A DNA stretch of 64,000 nucleotides from assembly GCA_001643675.2 (NCBI GenBank), contig LSRY02000044.1, positions 558,001 through 622,000 of the forward strand. Direction: 5' to 3'. Of the stretch, positions 36,840 to 49,100 are shown piece by piece. The DNA is from Monocercomonoides exilis PA203. Its lineage: Eukaryota > Protista > Preaxostyla. The stretch's first letter is position 1, and each line of letters begins with the position of its first letter. A program made the translations under genes and the position numbers. A model generated the notes under the pieces. The model searched no databases, was not told the DNA's origin, and was given only the letters and a program-made list of their open reading frames with translations.

Positions 36840-39182
36840 ATGACAAACCGCCAAGCAGACACTGACAACGTAATCCAACAACTAATTGATTCAATTTCAA
36901 CAGAACAGCAAACGCTGGGAGAACGAATGAAAGATCACATCGTTGACTTGTTCGACTACAAGAAATACTCTGACAAGAAGCAGGTTCAACGACACACTGG
37001 AACAGCTGTTGATATCAGCAAATGTGAGGATCTCTGTGTCGTTGATGTTGACATTAACAAATCCCTTCAAGCTGAACAAACGAAAACCATCAGGAATTCC
37101 ATTCTCGACAAACTCCCCCGAAACGTCGGACTTGTGCAAACAGCTCATGGTGGTCTTCATATTTATTGTGAGCTGTGTGGTTATCCCCTCAAATGTTCGT
37201 CACAAACCAAAGTGTTCACGAGTCCAGAATACGATATCGACATTTTTGCAGGTATTGGGGATGGAAAACAGAGACTTGTTGTTCAAGCTGACTCTTCATA
37301 CAGAGAGATGAAAGATGGCAAGAGAATCATCACCAAATTCACTCCACTTAACAATCACAGAGAGCTCACAGATCTTTCATCACTCGAAAGTGTTCTTGAC
37401 GTATTCGGTATTGATCTCAAAACAGAGAATACATCAGCGACAATGGCGGCTGAACCACATAATTTTCTCACACAAGATGGTGTTGTTGATATGTCTCCAA
37501 CTGTCGCTCTTGCTTTTGTCAATAAAATCAAAGATGTTGAAATACATAAAGACACAGGTTCTCTGTCACTTGATTCTGAGTTAACTCTTTTACCGTTATT
37601 TGCAGCTCTCAACTCACTCGTTAACATTAACGGTTTCGAAAACGAATCAATTGATTTTCTTTACAATCAAATCAGAGAGACAGCTGCTCTTACAGCAAAT
37701 GCAATTACTCACTTTGAAGAGAAAAGAAACAGATACAGAGACAACAAGTCACATCCATTTGTTCTTCAAAAGATTGTCAAGAGATGGAATCCAACATATT
37801 AAAACGATGTTATCATTCCACTCCTCAGAAAAGAGAATGAGCAAAAGGAAGAACACCCACGAGAGATTACTGTTCATGAAATTGATCTCAACTCATCGTT
37901 CTCGTTCTCTGAAATCAGGGATAAAGCTTGTCGAAAACAATACTCCACACTGTCGGAAGTCGCCGAAGATCTCACAAAAGTTCTGAGGTTTGTTGAAGCA
38001 AGGATGGAATTCATTGTGAAAGAGTTTGACATTCACACCTCTTGTTATTCAATTACATTCAAGATAAAATCATCAATGAACGAACTGTTCAAAACAATAA
38101 AACTGTGGCATGATGACAAAAAGACTCTCACAGTTGAGACAGCTTTCGAACAATACTCTCATGTTCTATCGATTGATGGGGTGAAGTTCTTCTCAGATAA
38201 CCCTCGAATATTCTCTTTGTTCCATGGGTTCAAATACCAAATGGCAAACGAACAAAATGACGAAATCATCAAGCCATTCCTTGATTTCACACGAGAAGTT
38301 ATTGCCAACAACAACGAAGAACTCTATCAATACATCCTCTGTTGGATTTCATCAATTGTTCAAAATCCTGGTAGAAAAGCAGAAACATCACTTGTTCTCA
38401 AAGGCTTGCAAGGTATTGGAAAGAATGTCTGGACAAATGTTTTTGCTGAACTGTTGGCAGGATATTCATGTCCGAATGTCACAGAGATTGCAAAACTGAC
38501 AGGACAGTTCAACTCCATCGTCGAAGGGAAAATGCTGATTGTACTGAACGAATTGAAAAATGTTGGAGATGATCGAACAGCTAACTTTGATGCATTGAAG
38601 AGTATAATCACAGATTCAACAATCAGAATCAATGAGAAGAATCAGCCAAGAAGAACAGCTGAGAATGCAGCTAACTTCATATTTGTGACAAATCACACAT
38701 ACCCAGTAAAAATTGAGATTGGTGACAGAAGATATGTTGTTTGTGATTGCAACTCAAAATATAAGAACAGTCTCACATTCTTCAAAAATTTCACAAGCTC
38801 TTTCGACAATGAATTCTATGAACAACTTCTCTGTTATTTCCTCAGCAAAGATCTCACCAATTTCTCCACAAGGGCTATTCCAACAACGGAGGCAAAAGAA
38901 GATATCATTGCAGCATCACTCTCTGTCATCGATGTGTTCTGTCAGGAGCATTACAATAAACTCAAAGAAGGGTGGAGATGTTCTGATGCACTTTGTTGCA
39001 GACTAGTTGAATACAAGAACGATCGCTCATTCCAACTAGCAATTAAAGACAGATGTGAGCACAAGAAAATGGGTGGAAGAGGAAATTAAGTGTGGTGTTA
39101 TAAACTTAAACCAGAGTATGAACAACTCCTCAAACAACGAGAAGATGAAGATGACATTGACTGTTCTGTGGAAATTAACTAA
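36840..39182 (+). pseudogene. Primase-polymerase (AEP/PrimPol) fused to a D5-like/DUF5906-type SF3 helicase, ~780 aa, with two in-frame TAA codons
   Basis: AEP motifs VVDVD, QTAHGGLHIY and DIDIF. Helicase Walker A GLQGIGKN, Walker B LIVLNE, motif C FIFVTN and Arg finger DRRY. ORFs 36774-37802 and 38004-39089 share one frame, and reading continues through TAA at 37800 and 39087 to TAA at 39180-39182. An alternative in-frame ATG lies at 36774. Confidence 0.85.
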
Positions 39183-39617
39183 ACATATTCGTTTTTTTGG
39201 AAATCATTAATACAAAAATTATACAACTTGTGTGCCACATGTTATATACCACCAACGATACCATGTGGCAATGTGGCAGAATGACAACACAATCGAAAAA
39301 CAAAATACACCTCAAAATCATGGTAAATTAGGGGTAAATTGCTCATGTTGGCAGAAATGGCATGCTGGCAGCTCTTTTCAGATGAAATAAAACTGTTTTG
39401 GACACCTGGATACCTGGACACGCTTCCAGCACGGAGATTATAGTTAATATATCCCTTCTGCTGAGTCTTCGATATTGCCACAATCCGGTATCCAGTATAC
39501 CGATTTACTACTTTTCCGAGTAAAAATATAGATGTTGGCAATCAACCCGAACATCAACGTGTCCACTGTTCTTAACAATCAACAGTACAACAAACGTGTT
39601 CCCCTTGTTATGTTTCA

Positions 39618-39869
39618 TCAATTAACACATTTATCCCAATCAAGCTTGTGCAGACAATGACCACTAACTTTTTCCATCAACTCATCTAACAGCTCATCAC
39701 TTTCGATAACCTTTCTCCTCAATATCTTAATCATTTTCTTCTGTTTTTCAGATACATGTTCGTTGTAATACTTAATTTCTTCTTTACGTTTTTCCTGAAA
39801 CTGTTTAATTTGTTTCTGTTGAGCCTCTTTCGCTTCTTCCACAGTCGAGAATATCTTCTTCCGACCCAT
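39618..39869 (-). CDS. Second copy of the TIR-encoded small protein (83 aa)
   Basis: Identical N-terminal 70 aa to 36313-36594; the C-terminus differs. Confidence 0.6.
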   Translation of the reverse strand: MGRKKIFSTVEEAKEAQQKQIKQFQEKRKEEIKYYNEHVSEKQKKMIKILRRKVIESDELLDELMEKVSGHCLHKLDWDKCVN

Positions 39870-40293
39870 TTACGATAAAACAAAAAAACAAAATCAATTA
39901 TTTTTATTTGCTATTTCATCAACGTTCGACACATGTTCAACTCATGTATTTCATCAACGAAAACATCAATTTTCACACAATTTCACCACTAATTTACCAA
40001 CTTGAACACTTCCAGTTAATCTTTTAGCTAATTCTTCTCCTTGGAGATATGGTATACCCGCTATGGATATATCTCGATTACACCTTTCAATTACTCCATC
40101 TTTATAGAACATCACTGATTATCTAATCATGAGAAACCCCTAAGAGTCTCATCAATAACCCTCTATCTCTATCTCATTATCATTGCCTATTCCAGCTTAT
40201 TATACAAGATGATAATAACTACCAGATATTCATGAATCGATAATATTGATTGACCTCATCGAGATTGATCCATAGCTGATATATCATATTTCT
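39647..40293 (-). repeat. Right TIR (647 bp)
   Basis: Reverse complement of 35889-36535. Confidence 0.9.
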
Positions 40294-40394
40294 TCCATTT
40301 AACTTTTCAGTTATCATTAATTTATATGCAATTGATATTTTTGAACAAAAAAATTAAAATGAAAAAATATTATTTCAAAAATAATCATCCATAT
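40290..40394. mobile_element. 3' fragment of a family A MITE
   Basis: Aligns to the last ~100 bp of 34133-34394 and 52271-52535, ending TTCAAAAATAATCATCCATAT. Confidence 0.65.
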
Positions 40395-40585
40395 GTAGAA
40401 TTTTCTTTTTCAAATTTTTATCTTTAAACAAAGCCGTTTTTGTTTCTTTGTTCTGTGTTTCTTCATTTTTAGACTCTTTTCTTTCATCCTTGTCTTTTTT
40501 TTCATTCATTCATAAATTCTTCATCAATTATTTATTTTCAGAATTGGTAAAACGTTTGTGTTATTGTATTTATAATGATTGACCG

Positions 40586-41446
40586 TTATTTTGGAAGCTT
40601 GGCTAACAGTTCGCTCCACTGATGTGACAGTACTCCGCTCTTCGCAAATGAAGAGTTGATTGTTGAAGGCAACAAAGAAGTTTGCAAAGCTTGTGAAAGA
40701 ACATCAGCCAGTGCTTTACATCGCAAAATAACAGTAGTAGAAGAAGAAGCTTTATAATTGGCATTTATTGTTTTTTTAAAAACAGCAAATACGCCACGAT
40801 CCAACGGCTGTGCGATATGAGTGGTGTGGTGCACGAAGGTGACGAAATCCATTGAAGAATCGGCATACTTCTTCCATAAGTCAGGCTGCGCTCTCGAAGA
40901 ATGCTAATCAAGAAAATAAAGGCAATGTTCTTCACTCTTCCTCAACATTACTATTCAATATTTGATACCTGAATGCAACACTTCTTCATCATATTTGAGG
41001 AATAGCGCTTCAGTCATCCAGCCTTCATTTTCACCCCAAACATCCAACTGCGAACTCAAAACAAGGAGCAGTTCATCAGGTAATTAGTGGCAAGTCCACA
41101 GAACGACGCTTTTAAGAGAGAAGCCATCAGCTGCTGCTGCAACGACGAGAGTTGCTTTAAGCATATTCATCGGTGTTTTGGAGAAACCGGCTGGCATGTC
41201 GGAAGGATGGAAAACAAGAGTAGAGAAAGAATCAGAGAGTCAAAGAGAAGATTCATCAATATTGAAGATGAGAGAGTTAGAAAAATGATGTTGATTATGA
41301 AGGTTTTGTAGAAGAGTGAAAAATGGAAGAAGAGTTTGTTGATTTGATGCAGAGAGTCGTTGGATGTCGACATTTCGAGGATGAGAAGCTTTAAGTTCGG
41401 GGTTCCCTTTGGTGTATTGATAGGGATATGCTTTAGAAATGTTCAT
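40586..41446 (-). pseudogene. pogo/CENP-B-like DDE_1 transposase remnant
   Basis: Motifs in the expected order across broken frames: LIFNIDESS, NEGWMTEALF, FLD*HSSR and HTTHIAQPLDRGVFAVFK. Confidence 0.8.
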
Positions 41447-41903
41447 TTCTTTATCTTCTTTGTCGAAGTCATCTTTTTCCTTTCATTGATAACAGCATTC
41501 ATCAAAATTTTTAAAAAATAGACAAACACAACAAATAAAAAATTTCAATGAATAAATTTACTCATAAGCTCAGCGTTGTGAATTATTCCAGTTTCAAATT
41601 CTATTTTCAGCACTTCAAATATGGTTTCATTTTCTTCCTGCCTAAATAATACGGGTCTTCCATATTTTCCTGCCTTTTTTCTTTTTTTGCACATGCCACA
41701 GCACTTACAATTACCGAGCGAGAAAACTCCTTCATGTTAGCATCATCAGCAACAAGAGCTTCTCCATTAGCAATAATTGTTGTATCACGTTCTTTTCGAT
41801 ATATAATTCAACGATAGTGGAAATATTTCATTATATCTCTCAATTCCATCAATCCACTTTCTTTTCTTTGTTTCGCTATCCTTATAATAAAAAAAAAAAT
41901 TTA

Positions 41904-42151
41904 ATATGGGTAATTCTTTTTGAAAAGTCGCGAATGTTTAATTTTCAAATAAATCAAAATATTTTAATTTTGCTCAAATTTTTGTTTGCACCCACGAAAC
42001 TTCACCAAAGTGGAAGAAATAATTTGACAATGCTATTTAACGCATTCCTGTGAAGTGACATGAGTCGGAACCGAAATATGATCAAGATATGAAATTTTTG
42101 ATTTATTTGAAAATTAAACATTTGCGACTATTCAAAATGAATTACCCATAT
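41904..42151 (+). mobile_element. MITE (family C, 248 bp, ~55-bp TIRs)
   Basis: ATATGGGTAATTCTTTTTGAAAAGTCGCGAATGTTTAATTTTCAAATAAATCAAAA is inverted at the other end (...TTTGCGACTATTCAAAATGAATTACCCATAT). Confidence 0.8.
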
Positions 42152-42876
42152 AAATCTGTTTTCTTTTTTTTAAGATATTTTTATTGAAATGAAAAATAAA
42201 TAAATAAATAAATAATTCAATAAAATTCTTTCTTAGAAAACCTTGTTGCTATTTCCTAATCTCCTTTGGAGAGGCACTAATTAGAGATAGAGGAGCTAAC
42301 CACTTCAATTTCTCCAGGGCTATCAGAGATAAGGCATTCTATTTTTTGACATAAATTCTGATTACCGATTTTTCCTTTTATACTGATGACAACTAAAATA
42401 ATTAAAAAAGTGAGTTGAAAAAACCGATGAAAAAAATGTTCGGGTTGAAAAGAATGTTCAAGAAATAAAATCACACTATTTGATTTTATGTGTTTTCAAA
42501 AATTTCAAAAGTTCACATTGCAATGAAATAGTATTGAAAAAAAATGTTTCTGAAAGTATTTTTCGCAAATATTGTGTTATTTTATTTAATTAATCATTCG
42601 TTTCATCACTGAAATGAAAGAATTTTGAATTTGAGTTATTATCATATACTGACGGGAATTCTCAATTGCAAAAGAATGTGACAAATAAAATTTGTTTCAT
42701 ATAACATGTTTTCTGAATAACAAAAATGGGCATAAAAGAACAATATTGCATTTTGAAAATTTTTCTAATAACACTATACTTTGATAATATATGTTGTTTT
42801 AAGCATGTACTGCATGATAAAAGTTTGAGGAAATGTGTATTTGACAAATATAAAAAATAAATCATTTCTACACCAT

Positions 42877-43590
42877 TTATTATTCGATTTTGGTAATCTT
42901 CTTATTCAAAATTAAAAAAATTGAGTATTTTTTTTCAAAAAATTATTTGTGAAAAATTGGTTTTTTGCTGAGTATCAAAAAGTGATAAAAATATAATATT
43001 TTTTCATTATTAATAAAAAGGATGAGAAAACGAACCTCTAACATTACTATTTGTGAAAAAAACATAAAAATTTCAAATTTTTTAGAAAAAAATCTTCTTC
43101 ATAGAAATTGGATTATTTTCGAATCATTCCACCTCACATTGTTAGATTAAACATTATTCAATCAAGAAAAGTTTTTTGCATCATTATTATAAACTGATTA
43201 CAAATATTTTTCTCAACTGAATAAATTTGTAAATGCACTTTAAAAATTCTTCATTAGTTTTTTATTGATCTTCTGAATATATTTCGAAAAAAAAACTTTT
43301 CTTGATTGAATTATGCTTAATCTAACAATGTGAGGTGGAATGATTCGAAAATAATCCAATTTCTATGAAGAAGATTTTTTTCTAAAAAATTTGAAATTTT
43401 TATGTTTTTTTCACAAATAGTAATGTTAGAGGTTCGTTTTCTCATCCTTTTTATTAATAATGAAAAAATATTATATTTTTATCACTTTTTGATACTCAGC
43501 AAAAAACCAATTTTTCACAAATAATTTTTTGAAAAAAAATACTCAATTTTTTTAATTTTGAATAAGAAGATTACCAAAATCGAATAATAA
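42877..43590. repeat. Fold-back inverted repeat with 301-bp arms and a 112-bp spacer
   Basis: 42877-43177 is the reverse complement of 43290-43590, with two visible mismatches near the inner edge. Confidence 0.9.
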
Positions 43591-43610
43591 GTTTGCCAAA
43601 TTTGAATAAT

Positions 43611-43858
43611 AAATGTGTGATTATTTTTGAAAAGTCGCAAATGTTTAATTTTCAAATAAATCAAAAAATTCATATTTTGCTCAGATTACTGTTTCTTCTT
43701 ACGAATATACTTAAGAATGTTTGAAATAGCATTATCAAAATATTGATTCCATGTTTGTGAAGTTTGGTTGATGTTAACAAAAATTTGAGCAAAATATGAA
43801 ATTTTTGATTTATTTGAAAAATAAACATTTGCGACTTTTCATAAAGAATTACCCAAAT
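43611..43858 (-). mobile_element. MITE family C, second copy in opposite orientation
   Basis: Same 248-bp length and TIRs as 41904-42151, with a homologous interior on the minus strand. Confidence 0.75.
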
Positions 43859-44024
43859 GGTGAATTTTTTCATAATTCGAATTTCAACAAAAGAATGCAT
43901 TCCAAAGCAATTTTCACCATCTCAATTTCCTTAATAAACATCTCAATCATTAAAAACGTTATTTTGAGCCTGGGTGACGTGAAAAAAAAGTTTGTCACGT
44001 CCGTCACCAATTTTCCACTTCAAA

Positions 44025-44055
<31 letters not shown>

Positions 44056-44299
44056 CAAGATATTTTATTCAAAAAAACACATTTCGGTGAATATACAGAT
44101 TATTTGATTTTTATTTTTATTTTCTTTTTTCGATGATATTTTTTGATCAATTCGTCCTATCATAACATAATTAATGATACAAACAAAACGCTCTAACACT
44201 TTGAAGGCAATAATAGCATAATGAGAATGTGTTACAGGTACTAATGTATTTATTTATATTAAAAATTTTTTATTTAAACCATTTTCTTTCATCTAAGTG

Positions 44300-45790
44300 T
44301 TCGCAAATTCCTCATTTATATTCTTCCACCGCTGCTTCTGGATGCAATGTTTTTCTAATTTGCATGCAATTGAAAACGATAAACGCTATGATATGCAATT
44401 GCTAATTGAACTAATTTTTGTTTGTATCATTTTCTTCTTCAAAAGGAATTATTTCATTAATTTATAGAAGGCAATGAGGAAGTGCAAATCCAAAAAAACT
44501 TTGAAATAAACAAGTGAGCAGACGAAATGAATTTCCAAGAATATGAATCAATTTTTTTTTATAAAATCGGTCAATTATGCTACAAATATGATTGGAAAAA
44601 GCTAAAATCTTTGGATAAATATATTGTGTTGTTACAGCATTTTAAACATTCTATGCATTTGAGAGAATATAGATTCGGAAGTTTTCTCCATTCTTCGCGG
44701 TGGAAATAAATTGCGGAAGCAAATGTTGGTGAAAATGGGAAGCAGAAAGCAAAGGATGAAAGACTCTTGGTTGATCTTTACAAATGCTTTACGAAGCTAA
44801 TTGAATGATTCATTTTTGAGGAATTGCTTTCGATAATTGTGATTTTCCTTCTGAAGATTGAGTCAAAGAAAGAAAAACGTAAAGAGTCACAAAAAAGGTT
44901 TTCATTTTTTTTTGGATCACTTTTAACGGAATTAACCATAGGGGAATGTAATTTATTATTTGATTGATTTTTAGAATTTTTTGTTTCATTTATTTATGTC
45001 TTTCTTTTTTATTAGAAAAATGAGTCAGAATTTCATAACATAAATGAAATTCAAGAAATCTTTAAATATCATCAGAATCATAACGATCTTACTCATCTTG
45101 TTTTTCAGCGCTTTTGGGTGTTTGCAATGGGGAGGATTGTCACTGAACGAGGCTTGAAAGAACTTGTGCATGATGGGTAGCATTTAATCAGTGAGGCAAT
45201 AAAGGAAATGGAAAAGTTTGCAAAAATTGAAAATAGGGAAAGAAACGAAGATGAAAATGGAGAAGAAGAAGGGAGAAATAGTGAACATAATTAGAAGATA
45301 GCTTCAAGAAAATTCTTAAGAAGTTATTTTTTTGCAAACTTAGGAACAAATAATACGCCAAATTTTTTTATCAGCATTATTTGTGTATTTGGAATGGAAG
45401 ACAATTAACAAAGAGGAATAAGTGATCAATGCATCATATTGTTTCGAAATGCAACAGAAAATGAATTTGTGGAAATGGATGACTTATTGCAAAATGGAAC
45501 AGTTGAAGCTAATTTGAAACAGGTCAGTCAATAAACAATAGATGTTGAAATTACATTCAAAAGCATTTCATTTTTTTGATTTTTTTTACAAGGTCATTGA
45601 AAGAAGAGGAGACTGGAGAAACGAAAAAAGTGAAAAGAAAGATAATTGAACGACATGTTCTTGAAAAGATAAAAGAAGCAGAATACGAAAAGGAAATCGC
45701 AAACTTTTGTTGAATATTGGATTTCCAAAAAAGGAAACGCAATCTTTTTGTGTTCTCGTTGAATATTTCTGATAATTACGTGAAAGCTTG
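44300..45790 (+). pseudogene. Decayed member of an expanded helical-repeat gene family
   Basis: Fragments EMNFQEYESIF, KDERLLVDLYKCF and NEIQEIFKYHQNHNDLTHLVFQRFW with many stops. Related to 54100-54750. I recall this pattern from Monocercomonoides proteins but have not verified it. Confidence 0.55.
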
Positions 45791-46142
45791 AGAAATAGTT
45801 TAAATTTTTTCAGTAATTTTGGATATTTGGTCTTTCTTTTTTAATCGTTTAACAAAATAAGTGACAAACATTCGCTAAATAAACGAAAGCATATCTTTTA
45901 TTATGAAAATGTTTCGAAATGAAACAAAGCGATGAAAGAAAAGTTTTTATTTCCTGTTCGATTAATATCTTTTTTCTTCTTTCAAATAAAGAACAAATTG
46001 GATTATTCAAAAAAAACACTCCACAAAGCCGGTATGCCCTTTTTGAAAATAATCGTCATTAGATGCTGTTTGGAAATTATTAAAGAATTTAAAAATCTTT
46101 AAGTCTCTTTCAGTTCTTTCTAAAAATATGCTCGATAATATT

Positions 46143-49100
46143 TGGGTGATTTTTTTTGATATCATAAAAAATTCCGACGTTTGATCATAAAAAATTTTCA
46201 TTAAGGGTGGGGTTGATGTGATATTCTTTATATGAAAATACATAAAATTATAGTTAAATATATTGTTGTTATTTATTGTTTGTTGAAATAAATTTGTTTC
46301 CAATCGTTTTTCTAACAAATTTTGAAAAAAACATAAAAAATTTATACAAAAATATCGAAAATTCGAAATACATTATAAAACTTTAGTTAACTGATTTCAA
46401 AAACATGATAACAATAATTACGATAATGGAATATAACAATTGCAAATTAAAAAATGTGTTTCATATTGTTATTGAAAAAGAAAAAAAAATTGATTCGTTG
46501 ATATTGAAAATTGTGAATTGAATCAATAAATTTACACAGATCTTGCGCTGACTAACATATCGTCCTTTCTTATATCCTTTTCTCCTTTAAATGTTTCTTC
46601 TTTTCTCGAAAAGAAGAGGTTTTTGTTTGTTTTATAAATCCAACTGCTTCAAAAGAAATTAACATCTCTAATTTCCTTCTCAATCCCTCTGTCCTGTGGA
46701 CTTTCTATGAATTCTCTCTCCCAATTCGATGTCAATTCTGCATAACACGATATCCAGCTTTTTCTCATTTTCATTCATTTCCACCTCCTGCCCTGAAAGA
46801 AACACAAAAACATCAACAGATAAATATTCATATAAAGAAAAATAAATAAAGACCAAACTGCGCTTCGACTGTTTTTCGCCAAACAGCCTCATCTCCACAG
46901 CCATCATCATTCCAAAAATAAATCAATCTCTTCATTTCAGTCTTAGAATGGTCAAATACAGCATTGCATCCTTCTCCACAAAATACATCGTGTATTTAAC
47001 TGGAGGGTCTTTTCAGCCCGTACACATTGTGGTGGATGTCCAGAGGGGTTTTTTCTGTTTTTGTCATGATCATCTCCTTTAATAATATTCTCAACAATAC
47101 AAAAAAGTATTTGATGTTTATCTCATCAACACCTTGCACATGAGGGATAAGGTGCATACAAGTGATGGAAGAATATTTTTTGTGGCAGGGGATGGGAGTT
47201 GAGAGTTTTATGGAATGTTAATATTTCGAGAGGGATTTTTGAATGAAAGAAATTCTGAGACAAAAAGGTGGAGAAGAGCAGGTGGAAATTTGTAGAGGAA
47301 AATGAAGAAAATATGTAGAGAAGTGGCTGAGGATGGTGGGGAAGGTTTATTGTTGAAAGGAGAAATGGATTCTGAAAAAAAGGAAAAGAGGGCAAAGGCG
47401 GGAAAGAAGATGAATATTCTGAAATGTTTAGATGAAAGAGGGATATTTTTTGAGAAGAGAAAAAAGGAGAGAAGATTTTTTGAAGATGGAAATGGAAAAG
47501 AAAGGAAATTGAGAGTTATTAACATTTTTTGTTTTTGAAGAAAAAGGAGAGGAAATTAAAAAAAGAAGGCAAATGACTTTGAAGAAATGCAGCTTAATTG
47601 ATTAATAACAGAATATTTGCCAAAATAATTGTAATTAGGGTTTATTGTCTTCTTGTGGAGTCATCTTGCCTTATACGATCTTGCATCAATCGCCAACATC
47701 ACATGAAACATATCAACTTCTTCACTAAATTTATTGGAATATAAATGGATTTCTCAATCACCATAAATATTTATTTTCATCATCATCTCATCTTCTTCAC
47801 CTTATTTCTCATCTTCCTCATAATTTCCTTCTTCTTCACCTTCTCCAAATTCTTCACCTTCTTGACCTTCTTTTTTGGTTCCTCTTTTCACTTTGTGTTG
47901 CATCACATTCAACCTTCAGATGTTTGTAAGCTGTTCAATCAGCATCACCAGTTTGCCTTCCAAAATGAAATCTCAATAACTATTCTTCCTCTCTACAGTA
48001 TCTTCGTCGCTGTATAAGCCTTCTGTGAGATAACGAAATGTGCTTTTGAACTATTTTCTTCTTCCGAAGAGGAACATTCAGCTCTGCTTCAGCGATTCGA
48101 ATAGCATCAATTCGCAAGCTGTACAGAATGAGATGAAAGGAGTGAATGGACATCGAATGAGAAATGGCAGTGGGAGATGGAAGGAGCTTTAAGGCACATT
48201 GCGTTCATCCGCTCGCTTTATGACATCGCCAAGAAGCGAAGAGAAAGGAGAGTGCGAGTTCAAATGGAAGAAGCAAAGAAGGTGGATATCAGAAGCAAAT
48301 TGAGCGCAGAGCAGAGGAAAGGAAGACAGCAGGAAGAGCCAAAAGCGAAGAAGAAGACGAACGAGAAAGACGAGATTTTTTTATTGCAAATTGACATTTT
48401 TGACACAAGAGTTTCACAGGAAGCAAAAGAAAGGAGGAGGAGGTTCAATGGAAGAGAAAAAGGAGGTGATGAGGAAGATGAACAGAAGCGGACATTTTTC
48501 TCGTTTGACAGCACATTCTCATCTTCCCAGTTGCACACTCAAAACATCACAGCCTCCTCGTCAATTTCCACTCATCCTTTTTCTCCCTTGCCACACACAC
48601 AATTGTCTGCCCCTTCTGTTCTTGTTGGAACTTCTCCAGAGCCACTCGCTCATTTATCTCCTGCTACATACTCCTCTTCACTCACACTAAAGTCCATTTG
48701 AGCATCCGGCCAAATCTCTTCCTCTCACTCTCATTCATCTATTTCTTCAGTTTCGCTGCATATCTCTTTTATGATTCTCCGGAAGAGCAGATTGGGCAAT
48801 GCTGGTGTGTTTGCAAGCATCAGCGCGTCAGCGACGAGGGATGTGTTTGAGCCACAGAGTATCCTTCTGAACTATGCAGCGTATGTGGCTAGCCAGGGGA
48901 TTCGTGTGCGTTGTGGCGAGAAGGAAGTGAAGGAAGGGAAGGGAGAGAAGAAGGATGAGAAGAGGAGTGAAAATGAGTTTGTGAGTGATAAAGACGAAAA
49001 GGGATCGTTGTGTCTGACAGATAAATGCATAGATAATGAGAAAAATGAAGGGGAAGAAGAGGAAGAAGAAGATGGATTTGACAAACACATTAAAAAGGCT

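Larger units (their letters stand above)
35889..40293. mobile_element. 4,405-bp long-TIR element encoding a PrimPol-SF3 helicase and TIR-embedded small ORFs
   Basis: 647-bp inverted repeats at 35889-36535 and 39647-40293, with no indels. Termini are AG...CT. The central gene is 36840-39182. Confidence 0.85.

Noticed and set aside
36840-39182. TAA read as Gln (as in some oxymonads) to explain the two in-frame TAA codons
   Set aside because: Only two TAA occur against many CAA/CAG Gln codons. The gene itself and host genes end in TAA or TAG, so nonsense mutation or sequencing error is simpler.
35889-40293. Calling the element a Polinton/Maverick or a Helitron
   Set aside because: It has no pPolB, retroviral-type integrase, packaging ATPase or capsid, and no 6-bp TSD. 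It also lacks a HUH Rep and a PIF1 helicase.
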